A stretch of DNA of 64,000 bases from Carcharhinus amblyrhynchos (GCA_965287045.1 OZ336885.1:42284001-42348000); one strand, 5' to 3'. Shown: positions 36,320 to 49,364, counted from the stretch's first letter. Numbers and translations are program-made. The notes: generated by a model from the sequence alone, not told the origin.

Positions 36320-39300
36320 TTAGCGGGATTGACACTGGTATTCACAAATGTTTTATAAGCGCCAGATTTCCAGCGGTGTTAGCCTGACACCGGAAATGGG
36401 CAAGAGGCAGGTTAATGTATGTAAATTTTTGTAAAGAAGCATTTGCATGTCATTTGTGAGTCCCATGCTCAATCGTCCTGGCTCGCCTGCCCTTACGACC
36501 TCGCTGGGAAAGGTTTTTGTCAGCGATGAATAGACATGCTCCCCATGAACAGGAGTAGTTAACTTGGCCTCACCAGCAGCACCAGAGGTCATTGAGGTCC
36601 CCTGGGGAGGCTGAGGGCAAGAGGAGTGCTGCTTGGGCAGTGCAAGACTGGCACTGCCATCCTGGCACCTGGGCAATTCCCACTAGGCAGTACCAGGGGC
36701 AGGGCCAGTGGAGGAGAGGGGCCAGTGCAGGGAGGGGCCAATGGGTGGGGAGGGCCCACTGCCACTCTACAGCGATCGGTGGGGTGTGGGAGTCAGTGGG
36801 GTCCCACTGCCACTCTGCAGCACTCGGTAGGGAGATGGCAGCGAGGCCGCAATCTGTGGGGAAGTGGGGGACCGCAATTGATCTGGGCAGTGAGGGCAGA
36901 GTCCTGCCCACATGCCCCCACGATTGCAAGGGGGGAGCTGCTTCAGGCTGCCTCCACTGGCAGGAACCTGACAGCTCTCTCTTTTGTGTGAGACCCCTGC
37001 TACTGCCAATGCGCATGTGCAGCTTCAGAGGCCTGCACATGGCACACTACCTCCCTCTGCAGGCTTTGAGATGTGTTAATCCATCCCCACAGGCTTCTGC
37101 AACAAGCAACAGGCTTGTTCAGAATTTTACAGACGGATCTGAAACTCTCCCAGTTTTAAGTCTGCCCAGCACTTCGAGTGTGAGGAAGGCTGAACCTTGG
37201 AAAAAGGGGATTGCAAAGATCCAAACCGAACATTACATTCACATATGCTTGGAATGGTTTTCAAAAAGGTGCAACTTATTCATAATAATGGACACTCCTG
37301 ACCCTAAAGTGACATCTAAACACTTTAGCTTCTCTAACCCGACCACTATGCTTGATGCAGCTCTGACATCTGCAGCCTATTGACTGCCATATTCTGATGT
37401 CTATCACCCTCTGTTTGTCAGCCTCATAAGGGACTCCTGATCTGAGAACCACCTTAAGTGGCTTGTGCTGCTGGAGTTGGTGTGGGCCCAGGCAAAAGGA
37501 ATGCTGAATGGCTGCACGCCTTTGTAGAGTCTCTCAGGGTATGCACCTCACACTCATCCTCCTTGTGGGTGCCAGAGGGCCCCAGTCTGACTCCTGCAGG
37601 AGATTGTGTGCATGGAGGGAGGTCATGGTACCTTATTCCCGTGTGGCCTACATGCTGAGCACCAGAATGCGTGGCCATGTAATGCATGACTATTCATAAT
37701 TCTGGGAGGACACGCTGGATCACAGTCGCTTGGTGATTGCCAACCACCCCAACTTTCCTCGCATGCTGGAGCCACAAAATCAAACAGAATGCAAATGGAC
37801 ACCTCCATCGTGCACTCTACTTTGATGAGTCACTATCCTGATGTCCCGTTGCCTCCTTTTGCATCTCCACTACTGAGCTGCTTGCAAAGGCTCACTGTGT
37901 GACTGTGACTGAGGGAATAACTAGTCTCCAGCAGCCTTCCCAAGTGCTGGAGACTTGGAATGTCTATACCTCCGAATGCTGTGGGAATGTGTCTGCGAGG
38001 TGTTCTCCAGAAAGTGACCCCAATTCTAACTTGAACTATGCCTCTCCAAGTATGTCTCCACATTGATGGAGGATGCAGATGAGAACTGTGATGGCTTTTC
38101 TTGAGCCCTCTCATCTTCAGATCTGCTCTGGGGGCTCAGAGAGCTGACCAGGGTCTGCTGGGACCTGCAAAAGACAAAAGGACAGTTCTGGTGGATGAGC
38201 TGAAGCTATTTCTGAGTATGTGGCATTCCTTTGAATTGAAATACAGGGTAAAGAGATGGGGCTGAGATCCATACCAGCTTATTGTGGGATGCCAAGCTCT
38301 GTGTTGCCACAGGAGAGATCCCTGTCTTCGCTGGTAAGTTCTACGGCAGTCTTATTGAACTCAGGGAGGTCAATGATCTCTGCCATCCCTCCCCAGTCTG
38401 GGTTCACTCTCACTTATTGTGCGCATGTTTGTCCTGTATAGAGATAAAAGAAAGAGATGTAATCAGAGTACATGGAGCAGAGGTTGGGTGAAATATATGT
38501 GTGGTGAGACCTCCCCAGAAGGGACAGAGTTTGAAGATGGCACAACAAGACAGCTGGGATGGTGATGTTGTGGAAGTCTTGTTGAGAGAGTGTATTGATA
38601 AGTATCCCCTACTAATGGATGTGAGATCCGTGATTAGGGTAGCCATTTGAATACATGATGACATGCTGAGAGTGTGATATTGGAGAGGGCTGGGAGAGGA
38701 CATACCCTAGCGGAGCGAATGAGATCATTCATCCACTCCTGACATTGGGTGGTGCTTCACGTGCAGGTGACCTCCTGGGCACGACCTTCCCAGGCTGTAG
38801 AGCTATCCCTAGGGTAGAAGACATGCCAATGGCCCCAGGGTCCCCAGATGAAGACCTCAAGGATCAGGTACTGAAAGCTGCTGCTGCCTTTATCTTACAA
38901 TTATTAGCCTTTTTCCTCTGGGTTGCTGAAATGCTGCAGAGTCTGCTGAAGGCAGGTGGTCAGAAAAGAGTAATAGTTGTGTGCTAGATTGGTATTTAAA
39001 CACGGCATGAGGGATCTTCAAACCCACCAGCTGAAGGCGGAGGGATGAATCAGCTATTGGCTCACCAGGAGAGTTGGAGGGGAACTTGCATAATTAATGA
39101 GGTTTCAAGCACTGAATCTGGCTAAGGATCCCACCAGCATTGCAGCAGTTGGGATCCCTGACTTTTTAGCTGGAGGAAGGGGTCCACAGACCTCCACATC
39201 AGAATTTGTCTCCATTACATCCTCAGGCAGTGCATTCCAGATCCTATCCACTCACTGCTAAGAACGTTTTTCTACATGTTGCCTCGGTTCTTCTGCTGGG

Positions 39301-39370
39301 TGCCACCAGTCTGGTCGGTGTGAGCCACCAGCCACCTCAGTGAGTCCCATAGTAGGAAGATTCTGCCCAT
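36320..39370. mobile_element. Nested GC-rich DNA-transposon remnants (Harbinger-like)
   Basis: GC-rich MITE-like block at about 36320-37190 and a terminus-like GGAAGATTCTGCCC at about 39355-39368. No intact ORF. Confidence 0.35.
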
Positions 39371-39834
39371 AGGGAGGGGGTGAAGCCAAGAAGGAATGTT
39401 AATAGAAGTTTAGAATGTTAAAACTGAGGACCAAGGTCCAGTTTGCTCGAATACAAGCAGTGACATTTTCGGTGACCTGAATTAAGTTTATAAAAAATGG
39501 AAAACCGAAAAGACAGCATGGGAATGGTCAAATCCAAGGATAACAGATGTAAGAGTGGCTGGAAAATAAACATTAACGTCTAAAGGAAAATTCCTATTCT
39601 ACACTACAATAAAATTCTATTTGCTATTTGAGGTTTGTCACAGAATTCGTGGTTTATGAAAGAGAATGAACTCAAAAAATGTACAGAATCTGCCCTCAAC
39701 TGGTAAAAAAGCATCCTTGCACTGGCAGCACGATAGTGATTCTCAAATTCACCATAGCAAGAACCCAATTGTAATTAAATGTGATTTGAAATTAAAGCAT
39801 AAACAAAATGAAAAGGGCAGATTGCAAAGTGATT

Positions 39835-41080
39835 AAATAGCCATGTGGGATCCTGAGTATCGAAGCTATGGAGTTACGATTAACCTTTACAACATACTGG
39901 ATAGCCACTCTTTAAAAAGGATTTGAATGATTTTAGGGAGGGATTTTATAGCCTTTCTAAAGCGAGACTGTAAATTCCCACCCGAGGTCAGCAGATATTT
40001 CCATTTTCCACCCCTAGCCTGCTCTGATTTCATGATAAGTGGGGTGGTAGAATTCCGGAGTTAGAGTGGGTGTGAAAAACATTTACAAGCATTGTTCAAT
40101 TCATGAGGGGCTTCAGCTATATGAATAGATGGCAGAGGTTGGAGGGGTGCCTCCTTCAAGAAGGGTGAAAGGAGATTTTGTTGAGGTATTCAAAATTATG
40201 AAAGTTCGGGAGAGGCTAAACAGAGAGAACTGTTTCCCTTGGCAGAAGGGTTGAGAACCAGAGAACACTGATTTAAGGTGAATGGCAGGGGAACCGAAGA
40301 CAACATGTGGAAAAATGTTTGTTCTTAGCAGTGAGTGGTTAAGATCTAAAATGTGCTGCCTGAGAATGCATTGGAGACAAATTCCACATGTGGGGCTCTA
40401 TGGACTCCAGCCCTCCAGCTAAGAAGTCAAGGGAGGCCCACAATCCCAATGACTGCAATGCTGAGAGAAATGTAATGGCCAGTAGCTCTGTAATCCCAGC
40501 AGTATGAGACTCACAACAGGCAGTCCCACCTCACTGAACAGTCCAGCTAAATCAGAACTCGGGGGTCTCAATGAAGGGGAGGTGGGATGGCCAGGCTCAA
40601 GTGGAGGAGTGGCTTGGTGGGGGTAAGTGAGATTCCCCCCTCCCCCTCTTACTCAATGGCAGCTCACTCAAGTGCCCATTTTACCATACAACATGAAGCT
40701 TCTCCCTCCAACTGTGGGTAAAATACCTACAGTTGCAGAATGAGGTTCTTAAGTGACCATTAACTGGTCCAAGGATAGGGAGGACATCCAATACATCCAC
40801 CACACCCTGCAGAGTTTCAGATAGGTCAAGGATGGCAGGTAAGTGGTGGGCAGATTGCCAAATGGATTTTACAAACCCTCTTACCTTCAAATCTTCTGGC
40901 AACAGAGCATAAAATTCACTTTTTAGTTATCCGAGAAGAGTTGGATGGGCACCTAAAGAGAAAATTGCAGAATATCGCAGAAAGTGGATCTAGCTGAGTT
41001 GCACTTTCAGAGAGCCAGCATGGATTTGACAGGCTAAATGGCCGTCCTCTGTGTGTAATCATTTTGTGATTCTATGATTC
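39835..41080 (+). mobile_element. Old CR1 3' fragment split by two MITE-like insertions (~39935-40060, ~40385-40920)
   Basis: CR1 homology resumes after each insertion and ends in gtgattctatgattc. Confidence 0.65.
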
Positions 41081-41299
41081 TTCACATTGATATATTCCAA
41101 GCAGCTGTGCATTCACAGGACAAAATTATAAATCAAACAATTCAGGAATTAACAGCAAAACCAAAGCGTCTTCTGAACTCAATGCAACTCCTCTGGCCTG
41201 ATCCCACCAAGGCTCATCTGTATTTGTATGGCAGGCAGCCACACTAGTATGGACATAGTAATGGCATCCACCTTGAAGCGGCCGCTCCACCTTTCTGTT

Positions 41300-41623
41300 G
41301 GCGGCATGGTGGCACAATGGTAAGCACTGCTGCCTCATAGTGCCAGGGACCTGAGTTCAATTCCGGACTTGGGTGACTGTGTGGAGTTTGCACATTCTCC
41401 CCATGTCTGCATAGGTTTCTTCCAGGAGCTCCAGTTTCCTCCACACACCAAAGATGTGCAGGTTAGGTTGATTGGTGATGCTAAATTGTCTCTTAGTGTC
41501 AAGAAGATTAGCAGGGTAAATGCATGAGGTTATGGGGAAAAGGCCTGGATAGGATTGTGGTCTGTGCAGGCTCCATGAGCCAAATGGCCTCCTTCTGCAC
41601 TATCGGGATTCTATGATTCTATG
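41300..41623 (+). mobile_element. HE1 SINE (HER1 tail), full length
   Basis: GGCGGCATGGTGGCACAATGGTAAGCACTGCTGCC ... gattctatgattctatga. Confidence 0.92.
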
Positions 41624-42039
41624 AGATCACATCTAAACAAGATGTCGGTTTCAGGAAGGGAGTGGATTCCATTCCTTCCTCACCCATCCCAGAAAGAAGG
41701 AGGTCATAATCCTTCAAGACCTTGATGTTATAACTCACTGCTTATTCACTGAGTGAAGGAGGAATTGGGAGGCAGTAACATAGGCTTATTCACAAAACCC
41801 AGAGAACATGGGCACACACTTCCAATTCCAGGTGGAAACCAGTTCTTAGATATATACTTAAGAATAATGCCCGAACCTTCCCCCAAATCATAACAGCTGC
41901 TCTTGCTTACATGCTCTTCACTGTGACAGGATTGTAACATTAAGATATTCCCTTCTTTCTTAAGGTATAAAAGTTAACAAGTACATAGTTACAGACAAAA
42001 TTTTTAAAAAAACTGAAGAATGAAATGGTACTCACAAGA

Positions 42040-43460
42040 CTTACATCATCTTACTTCTAAGACTTCGAATAACTTCTTATCGGACGCATTCCATTTGGTC
42101 AAACAATCAGACGATTGATGTCTTGTATCCACCCATCCAAAATTTCCATTTTCTCCAACATTTGTTTCAAACTCGTGATATCAATTCTTAACTTCTTCTC
42201 GTCCACACACTTGGCGGAGTGCCCATTATTCCAAAAGGAGCAATTAGGTATGGTTTCTTTGATATCTCCCTGATATAGAATTATCCAAGGATCTTTGATT
42301 AAAAAGAATGCTTGTCAACTGATTCAATATGTGCAAGTTTCAGCAGCCAGGGTAAATTCTAACTATTCTCCTTGTTTTCTTGGCTTCTTGAGTCGAGTGG
42401 CAACATTTCCCACTGTCTCCCATAAGAAATATTATAATGCCAGCTGCACTCAGAAGCTCATCACAAAGGTTTGCATGAGAGGCACCACTAAACACAATCA
42501 ATTTTAGATTCTTAGGGTCACCCAAAGATGAAATTTCAGCAAACGCTTCTCCCCCTTCAGATTTTTTAAAATTTTGTGCACCCATAAGATGTTCTCAATC
42601 TTTTACTATTTCACTACTGTACCTAGGTCTAAGACATCAAAACTTGCGTCTGGCCTTGTCTGTGTACCCAGCCAATTCAATTGTCCAGTCAGCTGCTCCA
42701 CCTCAGCTTTAGAAACATCTGTATCTTTTTGTGAGAACACAGTGGTTAGCACTGCTGCCTCACAACGCCAAGGACCTGGGTTTGATTCCCGGCTTGGGTC
42801 ACTGTGTGTATGGAGTTTGCACGTTCTTCCTGCATATGTGTGGGTTTCCTCTGGATGCTCCCATTTCTTCCCACAGTCTGAGAGACATGCTGGTTAGGTG
42901 CATTGGCCATGCTAAATTCTCCCTCAGTGTACCCGAACAGGCGCTGGAGTGTGGAGATTAGGGGATTTTCACAGTAATTTCATTGCAGTGTTAATGTAAG
43001 TGTACTTGTGACACTAATAAATATAAACTTTTTAAACCTGGCATGACTGACAGTGATAAGATTGCTGATGTAAGATAACATCAAACACATACTGCCTTAA
43101 TTTTAGCCAAATTTATTTAAATAGCTCAGAAGCCTAACTCCTTAATCATAAAATTCTGTTCTAATCCTGTTAATAACACTGTTTCGGAAATCTACCACTC
43201 CACTGGAGGTCCTGAACTTGCATCATAAAGATAGCCGGGAGTTTCCCACTGTGGTACCAATAAAATTTGGCAGGATCTGTCCTCAACTAAAGATAGCCTA
43301 ACCTTAACAAAACTGATCTGACCATTTTCTGGAAGCAAAGTTCACACTACAAACATGCTTATTTAACTTCCAAAGTCTTTCCTCTATATCTGGAGTTACC
43401 ATAAGAGAAACGTCCCTCTAGAGGTGATCCCCCTGAAGAAACACAGCTTTTATTTTATTG
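42040..43460 (-). mobile_element. Decayed Ty1/Copia retrotransposon RT-RNase H
   Basis: In order on the minus strand: IKAVFLQG; DPAKFYWYHSGKLPAIFMMQVQDLQWSG (decayed HVDD motif); LKLIVFSGASHANL; EKKLRIDI; WVDTRHQSSDCLTK. Confidence 0.8.
42738..43035 (+). mobile_element. HE1-type SINE (alternative tail) nested in the Copia remnant
   Basis: cacagtggttagcactgctgcctcac ... cttgtgacactaataaatataaac. Confidence 0.92.
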
Positions 43461-43529
43461 ACTTATATTCCCAAAAAGAATTGCTAAAACAGCCAAAAAA
43501 AATTACTTTCCTGCAGTGAGTGAATCTAT

Positions 43530-43868
43530 TCATAGAATCAAAGAATCCCTACATTGCAAATGGAGGCCGTTCAGCCCATCAAGTCTGCATCAACTCTCTG
43601 ACACAGCATCCCATCCAGTCCCTATCCCCGTAACCCCACATATTTATCCCACTAATCTCCCTAACCTACACATCTTTGGGCACTAAATGACAATTTAGCA
43701 TGACCAATCCAGCTAACCTGCACATCTTTGTCCTGTGGGAGGAAACCCAGAGGAGACTCATGCAAATACAGGGAGAATGTACAAAATTTACATAGAAAGT
43801 TACCCAAGGGTGGAATTGAACACCCGTCCCTGGCGCTGTGAGGTAGCAGTGCTAACCACCATGCCACT
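43530..43868 (-). mobile_element. HE1 SINE (HER1 tail)
   Basis: catagaatcaaagaatccctaca tail and gcagtgctaaccaccatgccac head (reverse complement). Confidence 0.9.
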
Positions 43869-44290
43869 GCTATGAGGCGATAGAGGGATATAGTGAGAAA
43901 AGAACATTGAAGTGGATGATCAGCCATGATCATATTAAATGGTGGAACAGGCTCAATGGGCTGAATGGTCTACTCCTACACCCATTTTCCTCTGTTCCTA
44001 AAATCAACACTGACTAACAATTAGTTACCAGGGAAGTCGTATATTGTACTACAGAAAAGATACATTTCCATTAATTAATTAACACAGCCAAAAACCGCAT
44101 GTCACATCTATATATTACATCATACTCTTAGCAGGCATGTAGTTTTATAGATAAAGTCCAGGTCCATCTGACATTTCAGCAGGCTCCCTTCTTCCTGCTA
44201 CATTAGGGCAAGAGTCTCATTGACTTGACTTCCAACAGCAAAGCCCTTTCCAGTGACTCTTTGGTCTTTAAATAAGAAATCCATTCTCAC

Positions 44291-44533
44291 CAGCATTCCA
44301 CTTGGTGTTTAACACAAAAAACAGTCTTTCCCACTTCTTGGTATAGCAGGTCTTCCTGTGTCCAAGAAAACCAGCTGTCGCACTTTTGTATCAAGGTGTG
44401 AAAATAGGCACTTGAGTTTCTGCAGACTTTTGGCCTGAGCTTCTGTACGCATGACAATCAAATTGGATGGGCACATCTCTGGGAAAAAGGTCAGGGTGAT
44501 TACCAACCCTTTCTTCAGGACATGCAGCCTCAC
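44291..44533 (-). pseudogene. 243-nt phase 1-1 exon of unknown gene with one in-frame TGA (44391-44393)
   Basis: ctgtctctttcaatttaag|...|gtgaga. Reads EAACPEERVGNHPDLFPRDVPIQFDCHAYRSSGQKSAETQVPIFTP*YKSATAGFLGHRKTCYTKKWERLFFVLNTKWNA and splices in frame to the 28610 exon. Confidence 0.5.
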
Positions 44534-44579
44534 CTTAAATTGAAAGAGACAGTTTAAAACTTAACCATCTGAGAAAGCA

Positions 44580-45270
44580 TCACATTCATAACAACCTCTA
44601 TCAACTCTCCCCTCAATTTTCTTTGCTACACGGAGAAAACATTAGCTTCTCCATCCTAAACTCATAGCCACAATCCCCTATCGCATTCTGGTAAATCCTT
44701 TCTATATCCTCCCAAGGACCCTCACGTCTTTGCTGAAATGTGGTAACCAGAAGTGGTGCAATACTTTATGGTACAACCAAAGCTTTTTACAGATTCAGCA
44801 CAACTTTCCTGCTTTTGTACTCAAAGGTCTAGTGATGAAGGCCAAGATCCTATATGCTTTGCTAACTCGCCTCTCAAATTGTCCTGCCAACTTCAAAGAT
44901 CCATGAATGCCATGTTCCCCATTGGATACATTCTATGAACTCCTCCTCAAGGCTGCCTTAACTGCCTTGGTTTGACCAACTGCCATGTAAATTAAAATCC
45001 CCCATAATAATAGCTGTACCATTTTTAGATACATCAGTTATTTCTTTGTTTATTTCTCACTCCAGTGTTATTATTTGGTGGCCTACAGACTACTCCTATC
45101 AGTGACTTTTTCTCCTTACTATTTCTAATTTCCACCCAATGGATTCAACTTTTTTTTTCCCATAGAACCTATATCATCGCTCACTACTGCCCTGATGTCA
45201 TCCTTAAATATCAGAGCTACACTACCTCCCTTACCTTCCTGACATTCCCTTCGAATAGTGTGATATTCCT
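44580..45270 (-). mobile_element. Old CR1 fragments (RT C-terminus and endonuclease piece)
   Basis: Minus-strand RQEGKGGSVALIFKDDI-like endonuclease segment, plus a decayed RT segment upstream. Confidence 0.7.
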
Positions 45271-45497
45271 GAACATGTCCTTCAGGACATGTGTCCTTCA
45301 GGACAAAGTTGCATATAATAAAAGGCTGCAGACCAGAGCTGGCAGTGACCAAAGATCCCTGCACCTTCCTATACAGGAGATGATTGTCTATATTGACAAT
45401 GGCATCCAACATCAATGAACATTTTGAGGATGAAGGCAGTTTTCCCTGTCTTATGCCATATCCTCTCCTGCTATCAAATTCACATGGGCACTGGCAA

Positions 45498-45872
45498 GAT
45501 GGCACAGTGGTTGGCATGGCGGCACAGTGATTAGCGCTGTTGCTTCACAGCACCAGGGACCCAGTTCAATTCTGGCTTTGGGTCACCATCTGTGTGGAAT
45601 TTGCATGTTCTCCCCATGTCTGCATGGGGTTCCTCTAGGTGTTCCAGTTTCCTCCCACAGTCCAACGATGCACAGGTTAGATGGATTGGTCATGCAAAAT
45701 TGCCATTTAGTGCCCCAAGATGGTAGGTTAGGGGAATTAGTGCGGTAAATGGTTGGGGTTACTAGGATAAGGCAGGAGGGTGGAAGTGAGCCTTGGTAAG
45801 ATGCTCTGTTGGACAGTTGGTGCAGGCTCAGTGGGCTGAATGGCCTCCTTCTACGCTATAGGGGTTCTATGA
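45498..45872 (+). mobile_element. HE1 SINE (HER1 tail)
   Basis: Duplicated head ggcacagtgg, typical body, tail ggttctatga. Confidence 0.9.
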
Positions 45873-46499
45873 TATGAGCAAGCCAACGATTGTGTGACCA
45901 TTGACCTCTTCCTTCCCAGCCCAGCTCCCTTTTTCTCAGCTTTACCTTTCCCTTCCGACTTCCTGCTTTCAGGCACCTGATTTGTTGGCCACCTGCAGCC
46001 AAGGGCTCGAGATTGGAGAAGAAAGTAACAGCATAGCACTGACCCTCACAGCCATCAAGTCAGATGCTGGAGTTGCATTTACCTTAGAGGGTAAAAGAGA
46101 ATTGGGATCTGTATGTGGTAAGTCATCAGTTTGCCAGGAATGTTTCATTGAACCAAGAATCAAGCAGCTATATAAGACCCATAAATCAATAGTTTAACAA
46201 GGCTGAAACCATAATCACAACTTTGTAAAATTACAGAAGAATTAGGTTAAAAAAATCAATCTATGCTCAACTTACATTGCACTTAAGCTGCCCCAAAAAT
46301 AACAGAAGCAAATGTTTTAAGATCTTTTTATGAATCTGGTAACCTGAGCGCTACAGATCAATAGAGATCTTCACAAAGTGGAAACTCATGGATGAAAATA
46401 AAACTGAAAATACAAGAAAAAGTTTAATATCCCATTGGCAAGTTTCAGTTTTCCTGATCAAAGACACATGAGCTCAATCCCAATGATAGAACAAGAAGA

Positions 46500-46860
46500 T
46501 GGTTATGACTTGAAGCCCCATCCCCTCCGACCACATTCCCGAGCACCATCATAAACTGACTCTTTGGTGGAATGCTCCATTGTTGGATTGGCTGCCTTTT
46601 GGATGAGATGTAAGCTTACGCCTACAGGATGTACAGGATGACGCATTGGTTCCATTGAGACGACTGAAAAACAGAGTCTGGTCAAAACAGGCTATTTAAT
46701 AATTCATTCACTTGTTGTGCCTGGGACTTAGTTGTGTTCAAATTATCAGTCATGTTTGCCTACATAACAATAGTAACTACAGCTCAAAAAATAAACTATT
46801 GGATCTACGGGCATCTTGAAAATATAGTAAAATTATATATAAAGACAAATTATTTTTCTA
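46500..46860 (+). mobile_element. Ancient Deu-domain SINE
   Basis: gctgccttttggatgagatgtaa and tgtttgcctacataacaatagtaactacagctcaaaa segments. Confidence 0.55.
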
Positions 46861-47084
46861 CTAGGCATGCAGTGGTGTTTATTCATCCATTTAATAATAG
46901 ATTTCCAACTTTTTCACTGGAGTGGAGAAAGATTTCTGTTAAGAATTATCAAGATCTCCATTATCAGTCTTGAAATGAAAATATCAAATTCCTAACATTC
47001 AAATAAAATTATTAAGAACAACAATCAAAGATAACCAACTCTGCCTGTTCCTAAAGCCATAAATGCTGCATGCATTGCCATTTC

Positions 47085-47860
47085 AGAGACACAAACAAAG
47101 AGCAGAAGAAGGCCATTCGGCTCCTCAAGCCTGCTGCAACAATTAATCAGATCACGGCTGAACTAATTGTATCCTTAAATCTGTGTCGTGCCTACCCCGG
47201 CTTATCAAGAACCTATCTAGCTCTCTCTTAAAAATATTCAAAGACTCTGCTTCCACAGCCTTTTCAGGAAGAGAGTTGCAAAGTCTTGCAACTCTCCGAG
47301 AGAAAAAATTCACCTAATCTCTGTTTTACATGGACAACCCCTTATTTTTAAACAGCAACCCTCTAGTTCCAGATTCTCCCACAAGATGAAACATTGTCTC
47401 CAAATCCACCCTCTCAAGACTCCTCAGAATCTTATATATTTCAATCAAGTTGTCTCTTACTCTTCTAAACTTCAAGTGTCTCAAGAGGCCAGGAAGGTGG
47501 CATAGAGGGTGGCACGGTGGCACATTGGTTATCATAGTGGTTAGCACCGATTTCTCACAGTGCCAGGGACCTGGATTGGATTCTTGACTTGGCTGTCTGT
47601 GCGGAGTTTGCACATTTTCCCCTTGTCTGAGTGGGTTTCCTCTGGGTGCTCCAGTTCCTTCCCGCAGTCCAAAGATGTGCGGGTTAGGTGGATTGTATTC
47701 AATTCTCCTCACAATAGATTAGAACATTCTATTAACTTTTCCAATTAATTGCTGTACCTGCAATTCATTCAATATGACATCCAACTCCTCCTGCATCTCA
47801 GAGTTCTGCAACCTCTCTCCATTTAATTAACATACCTTTCTTTTATACTTCCTGCCATTA
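47085..47860 (-). mobile_element. CR1 3' fragment with a nested plus-strand HE1 SINE (~47505-47697)
   Basis: LKFRRVRDNLIEIYKILRSLERVD frame. The HE1 head and body lie inside it. Confidence 0.8.
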
Positions 47861-49215
47861 CATGAGTTCCAAGATGAATAAACAAACATCTGAACAACTT
47901 CTGAACAGATAATCCCACAACAAAGACCATTATCTCCCTTTGAAACTAATAGCTGTCTCCACATAACAATGACTTACTGAGTGGGATTATGAGCCCACAT
48001 TAGCCATCCATGGGAATGGTGGCGCAGGCTCAAAATGCCAAGGGGTTGGAAAAGCATGATTCTCTCCGGCAAGATCACATTTTCCGATTTTGAACGAACC
48101 TCACTGGCAGAGGGATGTAGAACACGCCAGGAGAGGGTGATAACCTAATTTGAATTCATCAGTCTATCATTAGCCAACACTCACTCCGGATACTGAGCCC
48201 ACACCAAATATTTATCTAGGGCCAGCATGACTTCATGTCACTGCCATTTACCACAGCTCCACATAAGCATGAACCTGACACAGTCACTTCCAAGGGGAAT
48301 ATCAAAGGTGAGCACTCTGGTAGCCTTTATTGCCCCGAAAGTTCAAGACGCATTCTCTACATGTCTGCTCACCCCTTGCTCTGAGGGGATATGCTGGCTG
48401 CCATACAGGTATTGCTTCATGGTTCCTCCATGCTGGGTTAGCATTCAAGGAATAGGCGAACATGTGCCCTTTCTTCCATATGCTGCAAACTGGGTGGGAG
48501 GTGTCCAAAACAGAGGGGCAGAACTAGATGTGACTATGAGGTCCTGGGGCCCTGCTTTGGGAGAGACCAGGCTGCAAGAGCAGTGTAGGAGTATCAGTGA
48601 TGAGGAGCTACCCTTCCTCATGAGGCATAAAGGCCCTCTCAGCTGGAGGACAGTGAATGTAGTGAAACCATTACTCTGTCAATGGTGTTTGGCCAGAGGA
48701 CAGGAAATTCAAATTGACTTCTCTGCAAACGCTGACTCTCAGGTACAGTAATGAAAGTGCATTGATTGCTCTCATGCAAGGCAGTTTAACTACACAGCAC
48801 TGAAGAGTCCAAAGAATGAAGCTGTCCTCCAGGAAATTTTTTCAGAAGCTTATTGCAGACCTCTCAGGATTCAGCTGTGTCTCACCAAGATCAATGTTAT
48901 TGCCAGAGCAACTAACTGACGTATCTTGGAGGAGTCCAGCATGCCAGTTTAATATCCAGAGCTAGATCTAGTTGCACAGTCTGGGGAAAAAGGTGTTCCC
49001 TTTGGAACACCAAGCCCCAAGAATGTAGACACGTCTTACAATTCAAGCCTTATCAGTACATAAGTCGCACTGTGGAGAACAACCTGGCGAGGTAGGATGG
49101 AGATAGTTGACACCACTCGCCCTGTTCAATATCATGTCTGGCAACGTTTTTGACATCCCCTGTCAGGATGAAGACCTTGTTGATATGCATCCTCTCTGAT
49201 GCAAGGTAAGGACTT

Positions 49216-49364
49216 ATATTTTTGGCTAGGGGGATGTTGCAGAACGTGTGTGTCAGATGCCATGAGAGATGTATAATGTTGAGCCTCTATTCTCTCATGG
49301 CATCTGACACACGCATTCTGCAACATCTCCCTAGCCAAAAATATGAGGCTCAACATTATACATC
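49216..49364. repeat. Interleaved inverted repeats A-B-A'-B'
   Basis: A 49216-49269 vs A' 49291-49344 is 51/54 complementary. B 49268-49287 vs B' 49345-49364 is 20/20. Confidence 0.92.

Noticed and set aside
36570-37383. 263-aa and overlapping ORFs as genes
   Set aside because: They lie in GC-rich MITE-like DNA that is open in many frames, with no recognisable domain.
41300-41370. tRNA genes at SINE heads
   Set aside because: The A/B boxes continue into SINE bodies and tails, and no complete cloverleaf is present.
45973-46116. Plus-strand exon candidate (ctttcag|GCACC...GTG|gtaagt)
   Set aside because: The splice sites are good but I found no partner exons or recognisable product. It may be a transposon remnant.
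46277-46404. Minus-strand exon candidate with strong splice sites
   Set aside because: All three frames contain stops and the phase does not fit the chain. It could only be a decayed or non-coding exon.
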